Shown: positions 25,201 to 38,096, counted from the whole stretch's first letter. The stretch is DNA of 62,902 bases, filler included, from Choristocarpus tenellus KU-1152 (GCA_964200185.2; 7 parts of 7 records of this genome joined end to end with filler, not necessarily neighbours in it), one strand, 5' to 3'. Notes: a model not told the origin generated them from the letters alone. Translations and numbers: made by a program.

Positions 25201-26914
25201 AAATGCGATCATGTGCTCGGTGTGCATGCGTATATGTGTGTATCAACCTTGCATTTTTTGTCCTATTAAGCTCTTTTTTGCACTGCTGTTACTTTTTTCT
25301 CTCAAGTACGATTTTGAATTTTTTTTTTGTGTGTTGAGGAGGCGAAAGATGAAACAAAGAAGAAAAAAAAAAGACGAGACACACCCGAAGGGATAGATAA
25401 GATAGACCACGCTGTTGCACTACCTGATGCAATGCATCAGCACTTTCTCGCCTGGTCCCCCCGATTACCCTCCCACGTTATGGTTTGTGATTTAGTGAAT
25501 ACATATCCCACCAACTTTCTTGCTTGGATTATTCCCAGAATGGCGCCTTCGGTGTCATTGAGAACTCCCGCAAGTGCTCATTTGGCTACGATCAGCGCGT
25601 TGAGGTCTTTGGAGAGGGGGGATCTATTCAGGGGGCAAACCGATCACCACAGGATGTGCTTGTCAATACCCAGGATGGACTCAATGCTGGTGATGATGAG
25701 AATGAAGTTCATTGTGATATGGAGTACAACCCAAGCCTTACATGTGATAATGGTCGATTTACTGCTTGAACAGGACACATCAGAAGAAAATATTCCCCCA
25801 TGATTTTAGGAAATAATACTTCCTCCCCTAAGGCACCGTCGTAAGAATTTGGACCTCTTTTGTTCAGATAGCAAAAAGCTTGGTACATTCTGGAGTTCGC
25901 ATATGAGGGAAGAGTAGAGCATTTCAGTGACTATCCAGGGGATAGTAAGATTGAGCTTAATGGATGAGTGTTTCATATTTCTCTGATCTAATCTAATCAC
26001 CTGACAACCTTCACTTGTGGTTCTGAAGACCTTTGAATGGCAATGTTTCACGGGAACACGTTCAACTCTCTCAATTGGATTTGAAGTGTTCAATGTGCAT
26101 GGTATGTCTTAATCACATTTTGTATGCTTCCACTATTGAGCCTACTTACTGACTCAAAGAGTCTTTCCTTTTCGAACTTTTCCAAATTGGTACTTGGCAG
26201 GCGTTCCATACAGCTTTTTCCTGGACCGTTATGCAGACTCCTATGTCAACATCATGAACGCCTTTGTGCAGTACGTCAAAACTGGCGATGCCTCCTTGGA
26301 GCCTGCCCTTGGTATTGACGGGAAAATCACTATCTTCATTGGTGAGAAAGGAAGCACTTTTTAGTACCTTCCCATCAAGTGTTGGACTTACTGGAGCCTG
26401 TCCTGTGGTTTTAGTTGCTGTGAAAAGCGTATGATGCTGTGCTCATCTAACTTCTATTTCTGTGACATTAAATTCTCAGTTGATTGTGGTAACTTCACGA
26501 TTCTTGGAGAAATGCATAAAAGGGATCAATGGGGGTAGTTGCTCATCCAATTTAATGTACCAAGAAATATGAGTTCAATTACTGTGATACTGGTGTGTTA
26601 ATTTGAAACCCTATTCTCTTGAGGGGGGCGTTACCTACCTACCATAGAAACTACGCCTTATCATTGTACTTTTGAACCTTTTTTTTTCTTGCAATTGCTG
26701 TGGGAATCATAAGAATCGAGGTTGAGAAATGGATGACCATTTTTCACATGTGTGGCTATCTGCATGCGCATGCCATTGTCCCTATCTAACCTTTCTTGTA
26801 TGGTCATCTCGGACTCTACAACATCCAGGTATGGCTGCTAAGCGCTCTGCGGTTGAGGGAAGGCCAGTCAAGATCTCTGAGATCGCTGCAGAGTTTGGGA
26901 CTGTGTCGGTGTAA
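22237..26914 (+). CDS. iolG: Inositol 2-dehydrogenase (Gfo/Idh/MocA family, IolG/IdhA type) with predicted bipartite plastid-targeting presequence, 390 aa
   Basis: Eight exons joined in frame: 22237-22413, 22981-23103, 23516-23638, 23962-24084, 24610-24858, 25539-25689, 26201-26341, 26829-26914 (1173 nt). Motifs: GVIGCGRIG (Rossmann), HIFCEKP, GFQRRFD, SRDP, GGIFMDMTSHDFD, GYDQRVEVFG, FFLDRY. The N-terminus is a hydrophobic signal, then VMT-FIP, then an S/T/K/R-rich transit-like region. Confidence 0.92.
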
Positions 26915-28139
26915 CCATGATCCAGTGTTTTGATAAATTTTGTTGGCGGTTGTTTGGAGTGTTTGGAGAAGTGTTACAGAGTAATAATTTATGCGTATTT
27001 TATGTTCCTGTGATCTCTCCAGTGATCCTCACGGTTCTATGACAAATGGTGCGGTGGTTACCCAGAGGATATCGTCATCGCATGATCTTGGTTCACACAT
27101 CTGGGTCTAGTTTTTGTATGTGTTTAATCAACCTTAATTTTTTTGGTTCATCTATGCCCCTCAGGACCATGCTGAGTGTGATATGTACTGATGTTTTATG
27201 TTATTTTTTTGTATTTTGTGTTATGGATACTCGCTGAAATGAGTTACATAGTTGAAGAAGGCATAGCATTGCTGTTTTAGGATGTTTTCAATGATTTAGG
27301 AGGGGTCAGCAAAGCTTGCCTGCAGAGAAAATGTATCCTGTTGACTGTGATGTGAAGGTTCCTGTTGTGGTCAAAATGTTGCCTTTGGGTTCATGTCCCC
27401 TCCTTGTTGACCTGAGCTTTGAGGACTACTTGGGTACCCTTAGATCCTTTTATATTGTCTGCACGACAAAATCAGGCAAATGATACCCAGGGACTTGATA
27501 AAGCAAGGAAGAGGGTGTGTACATTTTCTATTACAGAACCCTTGGGAGATTTGTTTTTGGGTTTTGCATGGTTCATAGTGATCAAAGCGCGCCTATTTGG
27601 CTTGTCTAGTCATGCAACTGCTTGACCTTCATGATTGTTGTTTGGGAGCCCAGTTTTGAACCCTGTGTATTCTTCGTAGTGTGTAGGCCTGTCTGATCTT
27701 GTTTCTTGTTGTTTCAAAAATTTAATGTACACAAAACTGTCCATCAATAAGAGGAGTCACGCTCAAGCGATATAACTTCATGCCAAAGAGACAAGAGTCT
27801 ACATATTTTTCAGTATTGGTCATTTTGCAATGTGGTTTGGAATCTCCGTAGTAGTAGGGAGTTGATTGATTACACCATCTCTAAAACTGTGTCACTAGGG
27901 CTACCGGTAGATACTATCTTCACACTGCAGTCCCTCTTTGCCACCATGATTAAAGGAGGTAAGGCCTTGTCCGAGTGAAGGCTAGAACATAAGTTTTCTT
28001 TTACTATTACTGTGCTTTAAGAGATAATACAGGGAAATAGGAGTAGTGTTGTAGGGCAACAAAAAACTAATCATACCCTGCCCTCTTAACAACTGTGTGC
28101 ATGCTTGATATTCCTTCAAAACATTTCTTCAAGTAGTAG

Positions 28140-28700
28140 ATCCTGGGTGTATGTGTCAGTGTAACCAACATCCCACATGTTGCAGCATATCATTAATATC
28201 AGCATGCTACCATGCCACAAACCACTCAGCTGCACAAAGCATGTACTACGCCCCTGTATGTGCGTTTGAATGTATGCACGTTTTCCATTAATTCTATCCC
28301 TATTCAAAAATTGTAATCAATACTTCGAATACATACCTTCCACTACAAATGCCACTGGTCATACCTTCCATTGATGCCTGTGAGCACGGTTGACATTCCT
28401 TCCAAACATTTATGCAAGTAAGACCCTGGGCGGATGGGTTGGTGCGAAGAGCATGCCACACATTACAACATATCAACATCGACATATTTATTAACCAGCC
28501 CAAATACACAATTTTCCTGCCATGCCACAAACACAAGGCATCTCCAATTACAGCTGTTAGTTGGATGAAGCATACACCTTGCCCGTGTGTGAATGGATGC
28601 CTCCTGCACATTTCACATAAAAGACTAGTTCACATCAGCACCGTAGTAAACACACTGCAACACATACTTCACATATACAAGTGTGCGGTTGATAGTGGTG
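28140..28700 (+). pseudogene. Possible decayed cysteine-containing LRR (FBXL-like) fragment
   Basis: Internally repeated, frameshifted motifs HMLQHIINIS, ACHTLQHINID, CVNGCLLHISHKRLVHIS and NTLQHILHIYKC. Confidence 0.35.
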
Positions 28701-28717
28701 TATGTATACGTAAGTAT

Positions 28718-29085
28718 GAGCCAAAGTATCTTAGAGGGTAGAACCACGTCCAGTTGGGACCAAAATCCAATGTTGCCATTTTGATGTAGTTTTGTCTATC
28801 ATGTTTGTTAGGGAAGTAACAGCCGACATTAAAAAATAAAACATATCGACACTTTATCCCAGTCAATTTTGGGTCAAGTCCATCCTCAATGAAAAGCTCC
28901 ATCCTCAATTTTTGAAATCGGCTGTTAAGTGCCAATATCCATGTTCCGGACACACCTTTTCATCAAACACTTTACCTACTCCTAAACATTTTGGAGCAGG
29001 AAAATGTCAGAAAAGAACCCATGGGAAGCCAAGCCCCAAATGGAGAAACAGGGAAAAACTCGTACCCTCTAAGATACTTTCACTC
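28718..29085. mobile_element. MITE family A (reverse orientation) interrupted by a nested element
   Basis: Both family A termini are present; about 113 extra nt inserted at 28814-28930. Confidence 0.85.
28818..28926. mobile_element. Nested 109-bp MITE (TIR AACAGCCGA, TSD AAGT)
   Basis: AACAGCCGACATTAAAAA...TTTTTGAAATCGGCTGTT flanked by AAGT (28814-28817, 28927-28930). The equivalent site in uninterrupted copy 9674-9935 has a single GGAAGTGTCAATA. Confidence 0.8.
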
Positions 29086-29447
29086 AATATTAAACATTTT
29101 GAGTTTCCTTCTACAGTCCACTTTACCTATTGTCTCACTTTTTACTCCAGCTTGTCCATACACGTCAATGAAAAGAACTTATGTACTCGAGAATAGGATG
29201 CAACATGCTTTTCTGAGTCATTCAGGGAGCTGCCTGTGCTTGCGTCGCATATGGAAAAACTGGTCAATTTCAAGGCTTTTCAACTGCAGGGAAGTGCATC
29301 CGGAGGTTGAAGGGAGGAATTAATGCGCTAGGGCCCTTCAAGTTCGTAAGGGAAGCAACAGCAGGGCAGGGATGCACGTCGAGCCAAGAATAAGCTCTGA
29401 AAGGTGGACAGGTTTCACCGACAGCTGGGACAAAGTATCTGGGGGGG

Positions 29448-29547
29448 NNNNNNNNNNNNNNNNNNNNNNNNNNNNNNNNNNNNNNNNNNNNTTAATTAAT
29501 TAANNNNNNNNNNNNNNNNNNNNNNNNNNNNNNNNNNNNNNNNNNNN
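29448..29547. other. Artificial contig linker
   Basis: Same N44-TTAATTAATTAA-N44 structure. Confidence 0.98.
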
Positions 29548-32280
29548 ACTGGGCTAACAGTCGAAGCCCCACCCCCCCTCCCAGATACTTTGGGTCAATG
29601 TGACGTCAGCTTTGAGCAGGTTGCGGTATGTTAGAACGATTCTGTTTATCTTGTTTAAATTGTTTAAAGTGTTGAGACCTTGGGCTGTTCTTGGGTACCT
29701 CAAGCTTTTACGGTCTGTACAGGTTTTTGAGTGAATGTAATGAAGAATGTGTAATGCGAACTGAGAGGTCCAAAGTTTACATTGCTGCATTTTAGGGATC
29801 CCAAGAAATGGCCGAAAAAGACGTCCTGTTGTGAAAGGGGCTTTTGTTAAGTACTTGTGGTGGTTTATTTATTGTTCTATTATTTTGGTGTCTCTTCTCT
29901 CTTGACACGTTTGGTTTTGGACTTCTATTTTCAATGTAGTGCATGAAGATAGAGTGCTGTGTTGCACAGGGGTTCAAAAATGGCAATGGAGAAGAATGAA
30001 CAAAACATGTAAACCTCTCATTTGGAATGACTCCAAATATACAGGTATTGGGAGTTGACATGTTCTGCTGCAATCAGAAGGTCTTGCTGCTTGTACTTGA
30101 GATGACTGCATTGTGTGTAAGTGAGTACTGTCAACAGTGCCCCCATTGGTTTCGAACACCAGGCTTTGCACTTGGTTCTGGTTTAACGATTGCTGGGTCA
30201 TCGAGAGTTCTTATTCGCACTGACTCTCTGGTGGTGAATACATTTTTTTTCTTTTTCTCCGATCTCTTGCAGTGGAGGTTTTGTAACAAACGTTTTTATC
30301 ATGTATGATCTACTGGGCCGTGAGCAGGAACCTAATTAGGGGCCAATTATGTTTGGTGGTATGGTGTAACTACTGTACAACTGATTGTTGGTGGCACTTT
30401 AGATACAGCTTGCAATATCTGCAATGTACGAGATATCCTCCTCCTGTCAAATCCATTGATGGGAAGTTGAGGGGTTCTCGGATTAGTTCGAAGGGCACTC
30501 AGGAAAACGGTCCTATGAATTCCGCTGAGTGTGACAGTTCACTGCTACAATAGGGATCTTTCATGCATACCTCCTGGGGTCTGAGATATGGACATTAATT
30601 GGGATAGGCTAATAAAGGAGGACTGATCATCACCTTTCGTAGGATGTGAGGGCACATAACATGAATATGCGATAAATGATCGGTGAAGAGTTAGTCACGG
30701 TGTTGCAGGTTACACAATGGAGATAGGATGCACTCTTTTCGTTTCAGTATCAGTCACACACAGTAGTGAACATCAGAGGAGGGGAGAAGGGGGGGGGAGG
30801 GCAAGGAACAATTCAAACATGACTGAAATATCGCCCTGCTTTTATCCTGTGTGTGCAAAGCGTATTGAGTCCATGTAGGCATGGTACTGGTAGTGTTGAT
30901 GAGTAATTTTCACGACTCTTCTAGCACATTATATAAGTAGATGAGTAGAATTGCGATTCCTCCAGCGGTCACAAATACTCCATGAAAGATGCATATGGAT
31001 TAATACATTCCTGTTGAAAAGAGCTCTGGGTTCCGAAGCTGAACCAAAAAAGAGGTGGGTAGAGGTGTAAGGTGTTTGTACAAAATACACACGGGATAGA
31101 TCTTGAAACATGGTACATGCACCCTGGAGTGACAGAGGTAAGCACCTTTGTTTGTTGCATAATTATTATACGGAACATACAGCAAGATGTAGTATGGTGT
31201 GTACTCCGTATTTCGTTGTACTTTAGTAGCAGTGTCAGGGACAGGTCACCTTTTTGGGGGATCTCCCACATTGATGAGGATAATACGTGCGGTCATATAC
31301 ATTTGCGCGCGTCACATTTTGCCATTGAGGTTAGACCAAGTGATGTGGTGTGGGTCAGACGCACAAATGGCACGTGGTAACCCCGACATGAACCGTGGAT
31401 TCAAACCAGCAAGCCCGAGATTGTGTTTTCTGTTCTGACTGGTCACAACCAATCACATAGAAGATTGATCCACACACACTAAGCATGGCTCAGTCTCATC
31501 TCTCACTTCCTTTCGGAACCTCATCTCTGGTGGTTCTCATCACATCACACAGGACCACGCCCTTTCTTTATAGTGGTACTCACGCCAGGGTGAATGCTAA
31601 ACATTATGCCACGAAGCCACCAATAGTAGTATAAATAACACCATGTATTATTTTTTCTACGAGGGACCCATTTTTTTTTAAGTTCAATGGGTTCAATTAA
31701 AAGAGAGGATTATGGGACTAAGATATTGTCCTTCTACGAACGACAATCAATGTACATAGTACAATCTCTAACACATTTTACAATATAACACACAACACTA
31801 TGTTTATGCACTCCAGGGCAAAATATGTACATTTCGTTATTCTCCTAACACTCCAGAACAAAACATACACACCACTACTACTAGTGGTACGACTTAACTC
31901 TCTCCAGAGTGTTGCGATAGCACCCCATTATGTTGCCCTGACATAAATTGCAGGTAATTTAACAAGGCTACTACAACTAGCAGCGCTGCTGTACATGAGG
32001 TGAATGGATATGTGACACTATCGTCGTACAAAGGTTAGTCTTGTAATCATGGAAGTCATTTACTTACCTGGTTGGGCGTCTGAAACTGTTGGTGTACGTG
32101 TAAATAATGCATCAAGGGAGGGTTGACCTGGCTGTCCACATGAGAGAATAAGCAACCGAAAGAGAAAAAGGACGCCGTTTGACATTTGGTAGATGTGTCA
32201 GGGGAAGAATGAACAAAAACGATTCACATGTCAGAATAAACCCTAAAAAATCAACAAAAACCCTTCCTGTGCCTCTAACC

Positions 32281-32700
32281 TAGCTTAGTCCTGTACTCTA
32301 GCGTGAGGGGCTAGGGAGGCATCCCACGACTCTAATAAGCCCCTCCTTGCCCATGTCCCTGGTGTCTCCCACTTAAAGCACATGATCCATCTGGATAGGG
32401 CTGCCTGTGTTATGACAGAAACTATCTGTCGTAGATGGGATTTGACAGCCCCCTTCCGGTTATAACCTCCTGTCACTCTCCAACGTAACATAGAGTCTTA
32501 TTAGGGGCGGAGATCTAGGCACAGCATGGTCTATTCGGATTACATACATGTGACCAAGAAGGAGCTCAGCTACCCCTAACAGACTCTTGTCCCCCTCTTC
32601 TTCACCCACAATCATTAACATCACCGCGATGCTCTTGTACCCACAGATAAGCACACCCTCGACCACACAGAGAGCCCCGTGACGCAAGTGCAGGGAGACG
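32281..32700 (-). mobile_element. 3' end of RLE-type non-LTR retrotransposon, copy 3
   Basis: GGYNRKGAVKSHLRQIVSVITQAALSRWIMCFKWETPGTWARRG; shares GCTAGGGAGGCA and CCCCTCCxTGCCCAT blocks with copy 1. Confidence 0.55.
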
Positions 32701-33026
32701 TCGAGGGTGTTTCTCCTCCTCCTAGGGGGGTCCCATTAACTCGTCACTCCTGTCCAGCTGTGTGAAACCATATACTAAGACGGTTGCTCTATGTCTGCCT
32801 CAAAAGAGCTTTGCCAACATTCTCGCCTTGAGTGTTGCCCCGAGGGTCTTAACGAGCCATAATGGTTTGCACTACAATATTGTTCACAGTTGAAATGCGA
32901 TATTTCGTAACATTTGATAATGAAAAACACTTTCTGTAGAAGACGGGGTGATAGATAAGACTTTCCTATCGTGAATATCATTTTGTGTGAACACTATGTA
33001 GTATTGGTAGTCACCTCTAGGATCAG

Positions 33027-33330
33027 ACCGGTCTTGATATTTTTGGAAAGGTCGCCCAAGGAGTTAAACGACGATCAGCATATCGAATAAAAACTCTTGA
33101 TCTAAGCTACCGATTTCTGGAAGAAATCCTTTCGGAAAAATATTTTGGTAAGGATAAATTTTAACCGAATGTTTTCGGCACAACCCTGAAAATGTTTCGG
33201 AATGAATTATCACGATCAAAATATTTTTTGGGAAGAATTTCTTTGCAGCAATCGATAGCTTGGATCACGAGCTTTCATTTGATATGCTGATCGTTGATTA
33301 ACTCGTTGGGCAACCTTTTTCAAGATTGGT
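33027..33330. repeat. ~300-bp imperfect foldback (long inverted repeat), probably a MITE
   Basis: Arm 33046-33147 is largely the reverse complement of arm 33217-33321; pairing extends inward to a short loop near 33180 and outward to ACCGGTCTTGA/TCAAGATTGGT. Confidence 0.75.
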
Positions 33331-33403
33331 AACCACCAAAATGGTACGTGGCGGACCTCGGCTTAATACTGTTTAAGCCACTCACAGGACACTGTGACGC
33401 CCA

Positions 33404-34049
33404 ATGAGCTCCAAGTTATCACCTGACGACATTGACGTTGTGGTGGGGTCACTCCCTCATGGATTTGAGTTCATCTGGTCCTGCCGGGAGGCCAGGGGCA
33501 AGGGATCTCGGCCGAGGACTTCCGCTCCTCCACAAGGCGAGAAGGGGGAGTACGTTGGACAGGTTGAGTTGATGAGACAGATTTTGGAAGAGAGAGGTTT
33601 ATTTATCCCAGCGATGACCAAGGACGGGGGCAAGGACGGGAATATAAGCATGAGCACGGCGTACGTTCTTGGGGAGCAGCCGGATTTCAAGGTGACAGAA
33701 CCAAGTCTTCGGATTCTGGTTGCACGTCTTGGAGGACACTGCTTGGTGTTTCCAAAGTGCCAAGATGAATTGAACCTGATAGAGATGGCCTGGGGACGGG
33801 CGAAGCACTATGTACGAGGCCATTGTGACTACACATTGCCTGGAATGAGAGCCAATATTCCTGTCATTCTTAAGTAAGGAGGAATGGGGACTGTCGAGAG
33901 TAATTGTGGAGAGTTTCTTCAGGCTGAGTATTGCTTGCCACCTAATATATTCCAACGAGAAAGGCATGGAGTGCACCAAATTGGACAGGGTTTACAGGAC
34001 ATTTAAGTCTCACAGGAGGTCTGCACCACCTTCAGAATACCTCATTTGA
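33404..34049 (+). pseudogene. Degraded Tc1/IS630-like (DDE_3 type) transposase, C-terminal part
   Basis: FPKCQDELNLIEMAWGRAKHYVRGHCDYTLPGMRANIP resembles the LPKFHCELNxIExxW consensus. After a 4-nt frameshift at 33871-33878 the frame continues to RTFKSHRRSAPPSEYLI*, the (Y/F)KSHRR tail typical of this group. Confidence 0.8.
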
Positions 34050-34580
34050 CTTGGCATGGATTGCCTGGTTTAGAGGCCTGGGCCCCCATGAGTGAGCGTT
34101 AGCCAGCAGGTGACAAAATCGCATAAACGGGAAATAATGGAAATAGAACGGAGAGATAACAACGCCCATGTTGTCCGGGTGAAGTTGACCTCTTCAGGCG
34201 TCAAACTCGTCCTTAAATGCGGTGTTGTAGTACGTTAAATGTAAAAAAACTCGAGAAAAGGACCTGTTTCCACATCAACTACATCATTTGTGGATAGCAA
34301 TTCATACTTTTTCACTTCACCCACCTCTCTTTCTGTTTCCACATATTTTCCACTTATTTTCCGCACTCCTACTTGTGAATTTATCTAGATGCTCAAGGAT
34401 TGGGCAGAGTACCGCTCCTGTCCCGTACATCGATGGTAAAAAAATTGGTTGATAATAAGAAAAAGAACAAGTAAACAAAAAATGAGTAAACCTTTGAACC
34501 TTTGTGGCAATCCCCCTCGTAACATAACCAGTAATACAGTAGGATACAACAGAGGATAGTGTTAAAGAGAGAATACAAGA

Positions 34581-35278
34581 ATGTCGGTCACAGCTTGCGA
34601 TGATATGCCTTCATTGAACGCCGCTCTTGCTGCGGCAGGCGACAAACTGGTGAGTTTTCCTAGGGCCCCACGAGGTATCGATGCAATGCTCCGATCGTTT
34701 TGCTCGGTGTTAGAGTCGGGTTATGGACAGAATCCTTAAACCCCCTCCAACAACATTCACGACGTACGTTTTCCTTGCCGTCTCCATGGTTCAGGTTGTC
34801 ATCGACTTTCATGCGACTTGGTGTGGTCCGTGCAGGCGTATTGCGCCCTTCATCCAGACTTTGGCAAACTCCACACCCGAGGTCGTCTTCCTAAAGGTAC
34901 AAATTCCCGCAACGATTTAGTTAAAGCAAGAGAACTAGATGAGCTTAGTTATCATACCTTGTTTTCCTTAGTCCTAAGTAGATGATTGATGTACTTTGGC
35001 CTTGTGAACCAGTCGATAATTGTGGCTGATCAGCGAAGTTAACAATCCGAGAATGCCTTGGGTCACAGAAACTGTGGTACGTGCACCTGTGTACCTTGTA
35101 ATGACATCTGTCGTATTTATTCCGAAAGGTGGATGTGGACAACAACTCCGAGGCCGCTCAGAAGTACGAGATCGAGGCTATGCCTACTTTCCTGTTCATC
35201 AAGGGTGGTGAAGTTCTGGAAAAGGTAATGGGAGCTAGTGAAGAAAAGATCGGGGCAGCGATCCAGGCTCGGAAGTGA
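34581..35278 (+). CDS. TRX: Thioredoxin (WCGPC active site), 106 aa, no targeting peptide
   Basis: Exons 34581-34649, 34795-34896 and 35129-35278 give [41 protein letters not shown]...[31 protein letters not shown]...*. Confidence 0.96.
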
Positions 35279-38096
35279 TGGAGGAGCAGGCTGTGATGAG
35301 ACAAATTGATGCATACAACTTAAGGAGAGCCTAGCAAGTGATGCTCATCACATGAGTTGTTTTGAGGAGTCAATACCTATGTTTTAAGCATTTTTTTCCC
35401 TTGTGTCCTCTTGCATGTTCCAGTCAGAGACTCCTCGATTCTCAATTCCTAGGAAGGCTGAGATTTGTTCCTTTCAAGGGGGTGGTTGCCTGTGCAGCTA
35501 GCTTAGAGTTGGAAATGATACAAAACCCACAATCAACACCAGGTCCGCACCAGGCGTAATTTTCCTAGGATGTAGGCATCTGTTTTTGTGCCATGGTCAG
35601 TATGACACCAGGTGGATAATCTATTTATGCCCTTGGTTCTGGTTGAACCTCCTGATTTATTGTGCGGAATGTACCATCTGATACAGAGAGCAATTGGACC
35701 GATTTTCAGGGGGTGCTGTGCCACCACCAAGTACTAGCTCACTGAATTGAGATGGAAGATTCCTAGAGATGTCTTTGGAAGAAGGCATTATCCTAGAGGA
35801 AGAACTAAGGATAACTGTGATATCTGTCAGTACATATCCTCACGAACCCCTTGCTGTCTCTTCCATGAATGTGGGAGGAAAAGCACCAATGTCTCAAGGA
35901 GTGAAGAGGTACAAGAGCTTAGCTACAACACTCACCAAGGCTTGATACACAGTATTGTTCTTTAAGAAAAGACTTTTCTATTTTCATGAAGGTCAACAAA
36001 TAATGACAAAAGAGAAGTACAATTCAGTTTTGCATGACTGTGTACCTTTTATTTGGGAGTTCCAAAACCCTGTGTAGGGAAGCCTCTCAGCACTCTTGTA
36101 CCAGAAACACAGTTTGTTCACCATGGGTTGCAGTTTTTTTTTTTACTGCTGAGCTTGGAACAACTCAACTATTAAACCCCTAACACATCATTTCCCCTCA
36201 GCCGAACTTTCTCACTGAAATCTTGACAATAGTCTTGCAACAACTGTCCCTTTCTGCTACACCCATTATCTTTGTATGCAGCTATTATTGATATAGTCAC
36301 ATCCATCATCATAATTCTTGCAATGAGAAGTTTGCACCTGGGTGGTATGCCCTGTACATAGTTGCTTGTTGAATCTCAAAGAACATATGCTGTACTACAC
36401 TTATCTTCAAATGGAATTTCTATTTCATGAGTCTCTTATATGCATACTTCCCCATGATTCAAGGAATATGGTTTTTAGGGGATTAGGTACCTGATGGAGA
36501 AGGTTTTTGGAACTACAACTGAAGGAGTTATCCCACAATGTAAGAAAAATTTTACACAAGCAAAATCTTTCTCTTGTACCAATCTCCTGGTGCTGAACTT
36601 TCACCCTCATTGTGTCACCAAGGGAGGAAAGCTGAGAACACATCCCAGAAGAAGAGGGTTTAGACTGAAAGTTATCTTCATTCAAACCCAGCTATTAAAA
36701 AGCCCAAGTTGTGACTGGTGTAAGTATGCCTAATGTGATTGTAGCATTATGAGATACATAAAGTTTACTTCAAGTAAATCATTAATAGATGTAGGTGGAC
36801 TGAGTGCAGCAAAAAAGTTTGCAAGAAAAAAATATTACAAAAAGTGATATAGAGGAAATATTCATCCAACCAGCATATTTACACACAAATAATTTGTTTG
36901 TCTTCTAGAAAATAATAATCAGCCATCATATATGTTGATCTGTCTCAACTTATCATCAAACAAAGGGAAATATGAATGGACCTCTTCTCTTCCCATTGAT
37001 TGAGTTAGTCTTATGCATTTCTTCCCAAAAAAAATGTTCTGCTCTCTGTTGCGACACCTCCATCAAGAAGGGGTCCTAAAACATCAAGCATACATAGAAG
37101 TAAATAAATCCATGTAACATCATCAATCAAGACCTGTACACCTCAACAAAGTTTTCAGATGAAGTAACCCTCCAAAGGGCATTTAGTATCAATTTTGATT
37201 GCCTTGCTTGTTGAATGGTGGGGCAACCGGAGGCACTCTTGAATGGTGTCTGCCAAAAGTACATCTCAACAAACCGCCTTTTCAAGTATGAGGGTTCTCA
37301 TCCGAAATAGTTTCCAAAGTGAAAATTGTAATCCTGATAGTGTAGTGTGCATACTCTCCACACAGACAAGAGTGTGCAAAATAGGACAATAGTGAGGTGT
37401 ACCTTATTTTGTGTATATGAGATTGTGTTGAATTGAGTCCATGTGATGTAACTAATAAAATAGTACATCCAGATTATGTATGGAATTATGTATTGGTATT
37501 TATTCTGCACTCAACTACTTTAATGACATGACCGTTGACTCAGATAGGAAGCACAAATAAATAATAAACAAGCAATGAGAAGACACCACACACAAAGGTC
37601 ACTCTTCTAAATTTCAAAAACCATTTATTCTTTTTTTTCGCGTTAATCAAAGGGGGTCGGTCGTGTGAGGCTTCCACACTCTCTTATCTTCACTACTGAG
37701 AAATAGTATTACCTCCCTAGGTAATTTGCACAGAGAGATGGCAAGCAGGTGGTGAGCTTCAAAATTGTTTCAACAAACAGCAACGCAGGAGCAGAAATGT
37801 TCCATTTCAGTTTAAACAAGCGTTACTTGTTTTTTGGCATGTATGCAAGAATGACCTTGAATGACCTTGAGGTTCACAATTGAATGACCCTTCCAAATCA
37901 GAAAACACCCGTTGCAGGACAGAATATGAGGAAGAAGATCAACAAATGTTCCTCACAACAGGAGATTCCTACTGAGGCATCAGAGATTGGTCACAACTAA
38001 AACACCTGTGCACAGAGTACACCATGAGTGTGCCATGAGTGGGGGTGTGTGAGGAGACACGGGAAATAAAAAGACAGTGCTTTTCAAGATTTGGAT

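Noticed and set aside
31375-31602. Solo LTR (TG…CA ends, TATA-like motif on the minus strand)
   Set aside because: No TSD, no second copy and no PBS/PPT visible in the window.
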